DNA of 63,741 bases, filler included, from Collodictyon triciliatum (lineage: Eukaryota), in assembly GCA_043381765.1 (NCBI GenBank). It is 4 parts of 4 records of this genome, joined end to end, with 100 filler letters (N's around TTAATTAATTAA, not from the genome) between each part and the next. Parts side by side here need not be neighbours in the genome. Positions count along the whole stretch, not along the records: positions 1 to 20,111 come from JBHJMP010001259.1; 3 more parts are not named here. One strand, written 5' to 3'. Both the position numbers and the translations under genes were made by a program. How positions within the stretch are numbered: the stretch's first letter is position 1; the number at the start of each line of letters is the position of its first letter. Below, piece by piece: positions 1-12,594 of this stretch. A model generated the notes under the pieces. That model was not told where the DNA came from. It ran no database searches and worked only from the letters and a program-made list of their open reading frames with translations.

Positions 1-2095
1 TTTTTTTTCTTTTTTTTCTTTTTTTTCTTTTTTTTCTTTTTTTTCTTTTTTTCTTCTTGGGAAGCGCCTGCGATCGAATTGAAGAGACTTGTTTATTTTG
101 CTTGCGCAGCTTTGTGGTTGCGCGAATTTCCTTTAAGAGGGAATGTTGTAGAACAATCGTAGAATTATCTTTAATCTGGAAAATATTTTCACAACAAAAC
201 TGAAGTGCCAAACAACCTCAAACATCTAATGCAAATCAAGTTACTGATCAAATATTAAAATTTGATACAATTATACACGGTATGGATTCACAAGATGTGT
301 CATCCCAACCTAGTTGTAATCTTCGGCACCACACTCGTGCCCTGCGATATCACACCCAGCTCTAGCCTTGTGCAGCGAATCTGACGAACCGGATGGTCTT
401 GTGCGCACGGACAGCTGGGCGGAGTAAACAATAATACCACGTTTCCCTTTTATTCATGCGAGGGCCATACAGACAAAAAATGCGCATGTCAGATTATCCA
501 GAGCTCAGTACAAACTATTCTCAGCGCAGAATAACACTGACTCTTTTTTTATCTGAAATGTTTTTTCTTTGGTTAAAAAAATTGAATCAAATGGCTATGA
601 ACGATGCATGACCTGAACAACCTCCGAAAAATATTTGAATACGACAATACTAACTACCGTCAAATAGAACGAAATTAGGAGATGCTACATCAGATATAAC
701 ATAACAGTATTTACTTGAAATTGAAGTAGTTTTTTTTTTTTTTTAACAAAATGAATATATGAATCGTTCTCAGAGAAATGAATTGCTTTAATACATCTGT
801 GTAGTTCATTTCTTGGATTTTCGACAACCTTGGGTCTCTCAAATTAACTTAAAATTATCAATCGTTAAAGGTCCTTATTGGTCATAGAAATGCAGCACCC
901 ACACTATTATAGCAGCGTTGCATGGGCATTGTATGTGTATTACGAAGAAAAGAAGCACACATCGTAATCTGAGGTTAACAATCATTCAAAATATTTTACA
1001 AGTGTTCTTGAGAGGCTAGAAATAAATTCATATCACAATATGGTCATATGTGGTCTGGCAGCTTATTTCCTGCGAAAGGAACTTATGGACTTCTTACTTT
1101 ACAAGGCGGCCAGTTTTGCTAAGAAATACAAAGTTTACATATTGACCTTGTTTGTATGCTCTGTTGTGGGATTTATCTGAACCAAGATGAAGGTATGCTC
1201 ACTTCTCTAATCTTGTCGCAAAACAATATATCGCGCTAGTAAGGCGAAGAATCAATCGAAATAACCAGCTGAATTTGGGCGATAGCATCTTTCCGCCTGT
1301 TCGCTGGGCAGCCGTGCCTAAAAGCTCCTATAATTATAGAATGATGTATGGCTTTTTTTTTTNNNNNNNNNNNNNNNNNNNNNNNNNNNNNNNNNNNNNN
1401 NNNNNNNNNNNNNNNNNNNNNNNNNNNNNNNNNNNNNNNNNNNNNNNNNNNNNNNNNNNNNNNNNNNNNNNNNNNNNNNNNNNNNNNNNNNNNNNNNNNN
1501 NNNNNNNNNNNNNNNNNNNNNNNNNNNNNNNNNNNNNNNNNNNNNNNNNNNNNNNNNNNNNNNNNNNNNNNNNNNNNNNNNNNNNNNNNNNNNNNNNNNN
1601 NNNNNNNNNNNNNNNNNNNNNNNNNNNNNNNNNNNNNNNNNNNNNNNNNNNNNNNNNNNNNNNNNNNNNNNNNNNNNNNNNNNNNNNNNNNNNNNNNNNN
1701 NNNNNNNNNNNNNNNNNNNNNNNNNNNNNNNNNNNNNNNNNNNNNNNNNNNNNNNNNNNNNNNNNNNNNNNNNNNNNNNNNNNNNNNNNNNNNNNNNNNN
1801 NNNNNNNNNNNNNNNNNNNNNNNNNNNNNNNNNNNNNNNNNNNNNNNNNNNNNNNNNNNNNNNNNNNNNNNNNNNNNNNNNNNNNNNNNNNNNNNNNNNN
1901 NNNNNNNNNNNNNNNNNNNNNNNNNNNNNNNNNNNNNNNNNNNNNNAGAGAGAGAGAGAGAGAGAGAGAGAGACCATAAATACGGCGCAGTTTGCGCGTT
2001 TAATAAAGGTATAATTTGTTTGGCTTTTGAGTTTCGGTCTTATTCTTTGCCCGTACTCCCTCTGTCTTTTGTACCTGTCTTTCTGCAGTTTGAGC

Positions 2096-4482
2096 ATGGC
2101 TTCGCCCGCCTCAGCATCGAGTGTCATATTGGCCGAGAGATCTTTCCGCCTCGAAGGCCCAAGCTACCCCTCTCCTTCTGTGTTCGGTCGCATTGTGCGT
2201 GGCTTGTTTTGATGCACGTCGCTTACTTTCTTAGGCCACGGAAAAGATCGTGCAACTATGAACCAGCGTCGGCCTTCGTCTGTGCCCCAGTCTCGTCGGT
2301 CTTCCCTAGGTTATTTCCTTTTTTTTCTTTTATTCTTTTATTCTTTTCTTTTATTCTTTTTTTTATTCTTTTCTTTTATTCTTTTCTTTTATTCTTTTTT
2401 ATTATTTTTTATTCTTTTTTTTTTATTCTTTTCTTTTATTCTTTTCTTTTATTCTTTCGTTTTACTTATCTTACTTTTCTTACTTTTATGATTTCAGGGT
2501 CGGACTGGTCGGCCCAGGCCAGCACACAGTCTGCCCTCAGCTCGTCAACCTCGCCATTCAGTACCTCACCAAACAGCGGTGCCTCTGTTGTCGCGTCCGC
2601 AGTGAATGCAAATACGCCAGTGATTCGCAGCTCTGCGCGGCCAATGCGCGAACGTGAGAATGCCCAACTGAGACAAGCGATTCTTTCATCTCTGACGAGA
2701 CTCAATGACCGCGATACGCTTAGAAAAGCTGTAGATGAGCTGAACAGAATCGCCGAAGGCGTTGATGCGGATGGACTGTCTCTTTATCTTGTTTGTTGAT
2801 GGTTGATTTATATGTCTGTTGCCTGTGGTGGTATTATCTTTTCTTTATATCTGAGCATGTATGCCACAATTTCATGGTCTTGTCTTTTCATTCAGCTTAT
2901 TTCCGTGAATATTGCGACGCAGAATTGTTTATACGACTCGACAGACGAGAACAACCGAGCAGTTGTTCGTAAAGAGGTTGTTCGCATCTTCGCCACTCTT
3001 GTTAAATTGCATCCACTCTTGATTGTTTCCTCGTTGTCAAAGATATTTGCAAAGTCATTGAAGCAGTTGAAGGTATCTTGAAATTCAGTTCAAACAGCAC
3101 AATATCATAATTAGATAAAAATGCTTCCAAAATTAAGTTGATATATTCGAAACAGAGCCCAAAATTACGATTTATTTTTATTAGCAACTCAGTCTCTGGA
3201 ATATGAATTCTTAGGATCAGGACACATCTCTCCGTGATGCAGCGGCAGAAACAATTGGTTGCATAGCGTCTAATATACAGGCTATTGAATATAATGAAGA
3301 AGAAGAAGACAGTCCGCTTGCATCAACCACACCAAGGGCATTATCCATGGCGTTTATGTATAGGAGCTTATTCGCGTTGTTTAACGAACAGGTTCACATA
3401 TCAATGCGGATAAATTTAAGATAAAGTTTTTTTTTTGGGAAAATATGCTGAATTAATATTTTCATGACTTGCAATCCTTTAAGTTTATATTTCCTAAAAG
3501 TATGTTCGTTACTTGCAAAGAATAAAAATCAGCAAATCGGTGCAGCTTGCGCTTTGAGGAAAGTTGTTCAGAATAGTGAGGCAACTGTGGCTTCTGCCTT
3601 ACCGATGTTGAGCCCACGACTTGTAAAACTAACGACACAACCCACATGTCTCGCTCGACCTCAAATAGTTCAAGTAGCGACCACCTTAATCGAAGTACTA
3701 AAATTTCATTTAATTATATACTTTTGATTGATGATTTTGTCGTGGGAAAATGCGTATTGGGCAAATTTGTGCTCATATTCCTTTTCTTTTTGTTTGATTT
3801 GTCACTCAGTTTTATTCCTTTTTTTTATTCACAAGTCATAATGATAATTTTATTCAAATCTCCATCTAATGATACCTCCCTTCTTTGTCTATGTCTATAT
3901 ATGTGTAGGTAAGCGGAGACTCAATATCGCCTTATTTAAACTCTTTGATTGGCTCGTTTATCGAATCAATATCTTCTGGTGAATGGTCCCTCAGAAAATC
4001 TGCTGCTGAGGTTCTTTGCTATCTTAATAACCATGATCCATTTCGCTCTTACACTACGTTTCCTACAAATGTAATGTGAATCATACACAGTCCTTCCTTT
4101 CTGACTCTATATACTTTTCTTGATGTTTTATGAACATGTGCTCTGAACGCGTTTCAAATAGGCCCTAGGAACATGTGCTCTAAAATTACAATCTCAAATG
4201 AATCAATACAGGCCGCCCATCATGGCTGCTTTAGATAAGGCCAGATTCGATAAAGTAGAGTACTTTTGCTTTCTCATGTAGTATCTCATTTTATGTCGAA
4301 CCTATATTCTTTTCTGAGAGAATGAACCCCCAGATAAAGCCTGTTCGGGATGCTGTTGCGGAGGCTATCGAAATATACCGTTCAACAGATGAAATTCAAG
4401 AGGCATATCCATTATCATCGACGCGTGGAACTTCTTCGGGTGCAAATGATACAACGAGACATAATATACCTCGCCTTGGTAA

Positions 4483-4533
<51 letters not shown>

Positions 4534-6630
4534 TCAAAATTCATCGCTTTATGGGAAAATTGAAAAGAAAAGGGAAAAAAGAAGGGAAACTGCCGAGTTC
4601 ACATTTCCTTTTCTTTTTTTTTATCATAGAGATATCTGCCATTAGAAGACAAGTCGATGAAACGCGTATCTAAAAATATTTGTTATTTAGTAGTTTTCAT
4701 GATGTTTTGCTTTAGTTTAGATGTGTATTGTTTATATGGATAAATGTATTAAATATCTTAAATTTTCGCAGACTTTGTTGCGATGGTTGGCGATTCTTTG
4801 GCAAATCCCCCGTAAAATTAACTATTCAAAAAATTAGCAAAACTTTGATTGTTAAATACGTAATAATGAGTATAATTACTTTTTAATATTACCACCTCCA
4901 TAGAACTATATACTCTGACCATAGCGTTGATTCTGAGTCTCCTTCGCCAGTATCTTCCTATGGCGCAACTCCCTCTGCATTTAATGATATGTATGCAAAA
5001 ATTCAGAGCATCGCAGAGGTGAGCTTTACCCGAAAGTTTTGAAAAGAATTGAGCCGAACTTGTCATATTTAACAATCAGCTGTTCACTCATGTCGATATG
5101 AAATCAGCAACAAGTATTTTTTATGGAAAGCATGAGCGAATTGAAGGCCTTCTTGCAATCCTCCATGGATACATTTGGGACAAGACTATGCAGATTAGAA
5201 CAGAGAATTGATGTGTGTTATTATTCTTTGAATTTTGGATGAATTGAATGTACCGTTCCGATTGCCCAGTTCTGATTTAATTTGTGTATCGCATAGTCCA
5301 TCGAAAAGGCAAATCGAATTGTGCGTCATGAATACGCAGTCGCCCCAAAAGATACTTTGCTTGAACCGGCAACTGGTCCTTCTAACATATCTGTTGAGAA
5401 TGTGTGCATCACACCACCAAAGTCAAGTTTGCAGTTTCTTTTGTTCTTTTGTTCTTTTGTTCTTTTGTTCTTTTGTTCTTTTGTTCTTTTGTTCTTTTGT
5501 TCTTTAATTCTTTTGTTCTTTAATTCTTTTGTTCTTTTGTTCTTTTGTTCTTTTGTTCTTTTGTTCTTTTGTTCTTTTGTTCTTTTGTTCTTTTGTTCTT
5601 TTGTTCTTTTGTTCTTTTGTTCTTTTGTTCTTTTGTTCCTTTGTTCCTTTGTTCCTTTGTTCTTTTGTTCCTTTGTTCCTTTGTTCCTTTGTTCCTTTGT
5701 TCCTTTGTTCCTTTGTCTTTTTATAATGGCTATCTCCCTAAATAATCCAGACGGTAATACGACAACTGAGGTGACCGTTCCATCCCCTGATGAATCTCTC
5801 TTGGGTGCTCTACAGGATGGGAATGTAGAAAAAATCGACGCTTACCTATCCTTGCCAGGTTTTTGAGAGTTTAAAACATGGAATCGCACATTATGCGATA
5901 TGCGACCAGAATCATACATGTTCGCATAAATTTTCAAAACCTTGATAACCCTGTGCTATATTTTCATAATGGGTTCTGGCCAAACTCTTTCTAGGCCGTA
6001 ATGTAAACAAAATTCCAACATCCGTTTCGTCCAGAATAATTCAGCTATGTATACGCTTCCTGCAAGAAGGGAGATATCAAGGTAGGTTGATGGGCCACAT
6101 GAGACACACTATTTGATAACTTTTTTTTCTTGTGACCTAGACGAAATAAAATTACATTAACACATACAAATTACTTGGTCTACAGACTCGGCCACCCTTT
6201 GGATTAAGCGCTTTGTTGACCACCGATATCCCTTTTCATTGCAAGAAAAAAATGAACTGACAAAGGTTTCTATCTGCCCTTTTTTTTTTCCTAAAAAAAA
6301 AAGAAAAAGAAAAAAAAGAAACATCGCCACCTTCAGCTGTTTTATAAAACTTCGATATAATTAAGAAATAATCAACTATGACAGACCCCCACCACAAAAA
6401 AAAAATCCCAGAGAATATCTTACGATAGATAAAGTAATTGCTGCTTATATAAAGATGTTGCCAAAGTACTGTCGAACTAACAGTCCCTTTCCTATTAGAT
6501 CTTTCGGCAGTCCTCCATGCTTTCGACGTCGTATGGAGTGGAGGCCACACGGATATATGCAATACTACTGCGGTACTCATACGACGCAAGTGCAGCAAAG
6601 ATTTCTCTCTTAGACGACGGTCAGGGCTGA
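2096..6630 (+). CDS. TORTIFOLIA1/SPIRAL2-like HEAT-repeat microtubule-associated protein (about 15 exons)
   Basis: The spliced product reads QLRQAILSSLTRLNDRDTLRKAVDEL...LYL|NCLYDSTDENNRAVVRKEVVRIF...KQLK|DQDTSLRDAAAETIG...EWSLRKSAAE|ALG...KARFDK|IKPVRDAVAEAI. This matches the TOR1/SPR2 N-terminal HEAT region (L.DRDT, LNCLYDS, RFDK.KPVR) as I recall it. ATG at 2096; last exon IFRQSS...DGQG ends in TGA at 6628-6630. Confidence 0.8.
5436..5716 (+). repeat. Intronic 8-bp repeat (TTTTGTTC/CTTTGTTC)n
   Basis: Visible directly within a TOR1-like intron. Confidence 0.9.
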
Positions 6631-6792
6631 ACTGCATTCGCCTGACAGCACGGCGGAGTTCATATAGAATGAAATTTTATAGCCTTATCCACATCGCGGA
6701 ATCAATATGGAAACAATTAACCAATGCACCAAAACTCAAAATCCTTTTTTCTTTAATGTCAAGCTTTGTTTCATTTCGCTTCGCTCGCTTCA

Positions 6793-6825
<33 letters not shown>

Positions 6826-6859
6826 AAAAAAAAAGTTGTCTTGAGTTGTCTTTAAAGCC

Positions 6860-9433
6860 CTAGTGGATACCCCCTTCATCTCCACAACCAGGAACGGTCA
6901 AATCACCACGCGATGTGACCATCACAGAATTGTTAAAGTGGGCCAAACCGACTACACCGAATGAAAATCAATCAGTTCATACATGTAAGCAGGGACAAGA
7001 ACTATATAAAAAAATAATCAAGCAGAATACATGTAGAGAAGAGGTTTGCTCACCTCGCGATTTGAGCGACGGGACAACTTTCTGCCAAACTTTTGAGCTC
7101 AATGTCTTTGCAGGGTTGCTAGAGGGTTGTCCGCCCTGTTCGATGTAAATGATTTTACTAAAGCGTTTCATTTCATTGTTGCAGCACTTTTTGCTGTTTG
7201 TCTCAGATAATTGCGTGCCTTCAAGAAGACTCTGTCCCCAATCGCGCTCCCTTCGGGCGGAGTGACCAGACAGACTTTGCCGCTGGCCGGGTCTGTTCCA
7301 GCAAGAAGCATGGCCTAATGAGTGCAGGCGATAAATTGACACAGGAGGAGATGGTATGGAGCGGCAGTAAATGGGCCTTCACAGTTGAATTATTGTTTGT
7401 GTGCGAATACAAAAAAAGAATTCAATGTCAAAAGCTGATTACTTCGCTCGCAATGCCGCGGAGTTTGGCAGGTTTTAGGTTCAAACTACAATGACGAAGA
7501 AAAAGCATGGTTTTCAGATTGACAGCTCGTTGAAAAAGAAATATACATGGCTCTTTGCCTTTGTATAATGGAAGTGTAATATATGTATATATACTGACAG
7601 AGAAAGGGGAATAACATATGCTTCGGTTGTTTTTCTGGTAAGCATTCATCATTTGTAATTGTCTGTCTTTTTTTTTTTTAATAAAAAGGAAATCTAATAT
7701 TGTTGAATGCATTTAGCTTCATACATAGTGACAATTAATCTGTCCTGAAGTTCTTCGGCTTTGTAGTGGCTAGTTTCATTGCATTTGTTTATCATTAGAT
7801 GGTTCGTCATGCCGCAACAAAATACAGACAGACATGCAACCTTTCGGAGAGACAAAACACTTGAATGAAATATTATTAGAGGGGTGATGGAACTTACGCG
7901 ACGATTCCGGAAACCAGTGTTCGGACTTCACCGTGGGACACTTTGACTTTGCAAACATAAAGGGTGTCGGCATCAGGATGGCGACTCACCTCAACTATTT
8001 GAGATACCTGAAATATCCCCGCACATATCAGAATTATTTCATGAACGAAAAATTAATGTTGTGATAGAATGCATTTTGCATCTATTTGCAGTTCAATCTC
8101 ATTTTTCTTGCATCTTCTTTTCGTCTCAACATATAACACCGTTTATGCCATACTCTACACAATCTTTTTCATTTCAAGAATTATGCTTGATATGTTATAT
8201 TCATAATCAGAAAAGGATTCTCATAAATGATCTATTTTCTTCACCAAAGTTTGAGTAAAGATATACTTGCAGGAACGCTTGGGCAAAATCATCATTTGTG
8301 GCAACTTCAGTCGGCGATGCTTGCGCAGATGCAGTAGTGGCCGCTGCTGGTGCCGCTTTTTCGACGGCTTTTTCTTCAGCCTTTTCCTTGGGCTTTTCGG
8401 CTGCTTTCTGTGGCTGCTTGGGCTCTTCCTTCTTTGCTTCTTCGCCGGACTTGGACGGGGGCGGTGGAAGCGGCTTCAGCTCAAATGCGGGTCTCAGATT
8501 TGCAGGAACCTGGTATAATAAGTAGTTGAGGGCAATTCTACCAAAGATAATCCAACGCAAATAATAACGCAGGGACAGCCAAGAATCTGGTGGAAGTGTG
8601 CTATGAAAAAAGAATGAAAATGGTATGCCAGTATGATTATGAATTGATTTTTATGGACAAGAGAGGGTCGTGAATTGGTTCTGAAATATCCTTTACGTGT
8701 GCTGACATAAGAAATATCATTTGGTGTTATATATTGAGTAATCAGGGGAAAAAGTAAAAATAAAACAAAAATTATGTACTGTAGAAAAGCAACTTGGGCA
8801 GCGATGTTCGAACGGCTTCATCATGCGGTAATTACAGCCAGGGGTTTGGCAAGGAACCTAAACATGTTAAAATATACATAACCCGAATGCTACAATATGA
8901 AGGGTAGGTGGTAATCATAATATCCCTCTTATTGGTTAGATATAGCGTCCACATAATGTAACCTTGAAGCAGTTTTTGCTCTTTTTAAGGTCGTGCAAAG
9001 CCCAAATATCTTCGGGATCGACGTGCCACGGATTCACGCCAAGTTGGTTTTCTAGAGACGTGATCATTTCGTCCACTCTTTCGATCGCTTTAGCTGTTGC
9101 AAATGAAAAGAAAAAGAAAAAGAAAGGAGTATGTGACTCGCGAAGCACTTCAACAAACTGTATCTGATTCGTGGGATCATGTAGATGTGAGGTGAAGCGA
9201 GAGGAAAAGGGAAAAGGCTTACTTTATCCTGGAATTATGCAACCAAAAAAGAAACAGAAAACAGAAAACAGGATAGGAATGCTTGGGGCTTTGAGTCTCC
9301 AAGGCTCGGAATAGGCCGGTAAATAGTGACTTACCAAGTGCCATGATTTTTGCAGAGTTTCCTGAAATCTAGAAAAAGAGAGGCAAATAATTGAGGAGGC
9401 GAAGCATGCATAAGACGATGTTTTTCATACCAT
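6860..9433 (-). CDS. Arc1p/AIMP1 (EMAP-II-like) tRNA-binding OB-fold protein with N-terminal extension
   Basis: C-terminal exons read VSQIVEVSRHPDADTLYVCKV...RTLVSGIVAHY...LNLKPAKLRGIASE|AMLLA...PPEGSAIGDRV, typical of the tRNA_bind domain. 5' micro-exons give M|ETLQKSWHL|DK|IQFVEVLP|KAIERVDE. TAG stop at 6860-6862. Confidence 0.8.
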
Positions 9434-10835
9434 ACAGGCTCTTGTGTCTGAAATCAGACGCTGTTTCTGGCTTCTAAAAGGGCGCTGTACTTTCTGGCGA
9501 AGCCGCTTAGATGCTATGCCAGAAGCGAAACGCCTGCAGCACAAGAGCAGATTATTCTGTGGCCATCGAACTTCCAGATATGAATGTATACAATCCACAA
9601 ATGTGCAAAATTTGAGAAATTTACGTACTGGCTGAAATTATTCGGTCTTCCTTTTGCAAAAGAAAACAAAAACACGGTTTCAGTAATATGAAGATTTTTA
9701 CAGCGGATAACGCAAAAGATGATGTTTAAGTGGGTTAATGAAATGAAAAAAAAAAAAATAAACATCCCTCGAATCGAGCTTGGCTACAGCAGCTGGCTGT
9801 TTTTGAAGGCGTTTGGAGTTGAAAGTATTATCCAATCCAAGGCCAGTATCTAAGAAGTTTTCTAGGATGCGGTGTTGGCCTACACGTTAATAAGCATAAG
9901 TTAATCTTGAGGCCTTGTTCTCATAGGCGACAGAGACCCAAGAGGCACATAAAATGTGTGAATAGTCTTTGCGTTCTTTTCGTGACATCAAGTTTAATGT
10001 ACCTTTCCAAGGCTTCGTTATTTGAAAAAGTGCAGGCATTATCCGAGTCAACACACAAAACAAGGATTCAAACATCTTAATTAACATCTACTACCGATCA
10101 GCGAGTCGATTATGCTACCGTTTTGACTCCGATTTCCGAATACGGCCGCAAACGCTACTCTCTTATCAAAATGCTATATTCTTTAGTTTCCAGAGTCGGC
10201 TACATAAAGATTTTCTTTGCCGTCAATAGCCACAGGGTAGGGTCGGTCAAACTGGCCATTTTTCTTATCTTTTTTTCCACCGACTGTCTTGAAGAACGTA
10301 AATTCATCGGAATATAGGTATCAATAATGAGCTTTACAATCAATCATTGCTTTGCAACATTTGCTCGAAATTCACATGCCTCCCGGTCCATGCAGCAACT
10401 TCAAAATGATTAATCTGATGGAGTGATATCTAGAAGACCTGGGTTATAGACCAATATTTCCGATTGATTTTTCGTTTTCATCATTGGCAAAACCTTCTCA
10501 TTCTTTGAGTGTGTACAACCTACTCGCAAATGTTAGACTTTTGATATATTAGTCGATAAACAACCTATAGAATTGTAGTCTGGTTTGATTCTAAAGGGTG
10601 GAGTATTAGAATCAATCGATTCACTTTTCACTTCTCTCGTATCATATCTTCGTTTATTTGTGTTTCTATGGATATTGATGCAAAAATAAATGACTCGCTA
10701 ATGTGTTCCCAGGTTTTATGGAATTAATCTAGGAATTTTTGAGACCACTCCAAGTGGTGTGATTGCGATGGGTTTCTCAGATTTGGAGCAAGTGGTTCTC
10801 TGTTCTCGTAGTTCGAATTCATAAGAAAGGGTATT

Positions 10836-10972
10836 ATGCCATAGCGTTTAAAAAAATGTGTAGGGTATTAGATTCACTAATATCAAAAAAAAATTATTCT
10901 TCCTTTCAATTTTGTGCAGGATGGCATAGTGTTTAAAAAAATGTGTAGGGTATTAGATTCACTAATATCAAA
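10836..10972. repeat. 52-bp direct repeat (2 copies, 2 mismatches)
   Basis: ATG(C/G)CATAG(C/T)GTTTAAAAAAATGTGTAGGGTATTAGATTCACTAATATCAAA at 10836-10887 and 10921-10972. Confidence 0.85.
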
Positions 10973-12594
10973 TATTAAAAGGTGCCCAGGACATGAGGAA
11001 CGAAAGAATTTAAATGTTTACTTTTTTATATATTGGACATTAATCAATTCTCCTTATGACTGATGAAGCTCCATCTGTCAGTTACCTAGCATTGCAAAAG
11101 CGAATGATATGATTCATTTAAATAATGAGTATATGTCTACAAAATCTTTTCATGAAACTTTTGTTCTCTAATCATGGTAAAGTTATGAAAATTAAACATT
11201 TGACAATAAAGTCTTTATCATGAACACCAAGATTCATGCCGCCATGGCTTTCTTTAGAAAACATACCTCTCACCACAGAAGACACAGGAATGTATGCCAT
11301 CATAATTGCACTCTAGACCGTTATTTTTAAATAGAATTTGAGCGATAAGGTAATCCCTCTATCATTTCCAGCCCCAGATTCCCTTTTCAAGATCTCAGTG
11401 ATAATTTGTCACAGTTGAAAGATGCAAAGTCACAAACAGTTTTCTCACCCACACAAACGGGTCCATCATATAGTGAATATATAAATGTGAATTCATCTGA
11501 AGATGAAGTGTTAGATTTTTTTAACACATTCGGTGCAGAATGTATGTTGACAATTGTAAAGGAGCCTCACTACACTTTTCCAATAGTTATACTCTTCTTT
11601 CTTGGACGATATGTACCTACCAATTTCTTAGTATGTAAGAAACGAAAGTTTCTTTATTTAAAAAAATTAGGAGACAAGAGAAACCCATGAGGTGATATTA
11701 AAAAAAAAGAGAGTTATACGATAAGATAGTCATATGTATAAAGTTGTAGAGCATGCATAGATTGATCCACTTGGCATCGAAAGTTGGTTCAGTGCATAAG
11801 ATTTTCGATACGACGAGGTGCCCTCTTTAATAGATGTATGAAACCAGAGGTGCTTATCACCATTTTTGTCGGTGCTGTGATTTGTGTTGGAAGCTCCTCT
11901 ATTTTTTTGCAAACTGGCTATAATTTGTTTTGGTATCTTTCGCTAGATGGATTGATAGACATATGTCTTTCCAAAAAAGAACGATAACATGACTCACCTC
12001 TGCGGCATATTGGGGCTCTGCTGCAGTAATCAGAATGAAATAAAACTTGAGTGCCTTTGATGCTCATTTTTCGAAACGTGGTGTAACTTGGAGTCAGTGA
12101 TGATTTTCCACTTCACGATGTCAAAGCCAAGCAAGGCCATGTTCTTGAGAAGTTTCATCTCGTGCATATCCAGCGTGTTTCTCGTCTTCATTATCCCTCT
12201 GGTAAATGGTGTCAGGTATTCGTGTTATTCATTGTTAATATGAAGCTCCCTGGATTTTATTTCTCTGGTTTTTATCTTGGATTATTTTTTGGGCCAATAA
12301 AACTAATAGCGATTTATACATGACGCATGCCTTTGCTCTCGAGCGGCGAAACAGGTTGTGTTCAAAATAACCTGTGATTTTCTTTCGCTGGAGATAAACA
12401 AAAGGCTTGGTTCTTGCAGTCATCAACACAACAGAAAAAAAGTCATCAGTATAGTTTATTGGTTGCCTACAATATTGCGAGCAAACATTCGCCATTTTCT
12501 TCTCTCCCTCGTGGCAGTATCCTCTCTTCCAGTCTTTTCTTGTCTTTCGTTCATGCGGGGGCAATAGACGGCTTTGATAAATCACGCTCTACAT

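Noticed and set aside
1275-2799. Long ORFs through N gaps, and poly-F/L/I/K/Y ORFs throughout the ORF track
   Set aside because: Artefacts of gaps and intronic microsatellites.
9223-9345. Apparent in-frame TAA after ATG-GCA-CTT-G, suggesting stop-codon reassignment or a GG donor
   Set aside because: Resolved with the standard code: the true ATG is at 9433 and the exon reads ETLQKSWHL in another frame. All conserved genes here end in normal stops.
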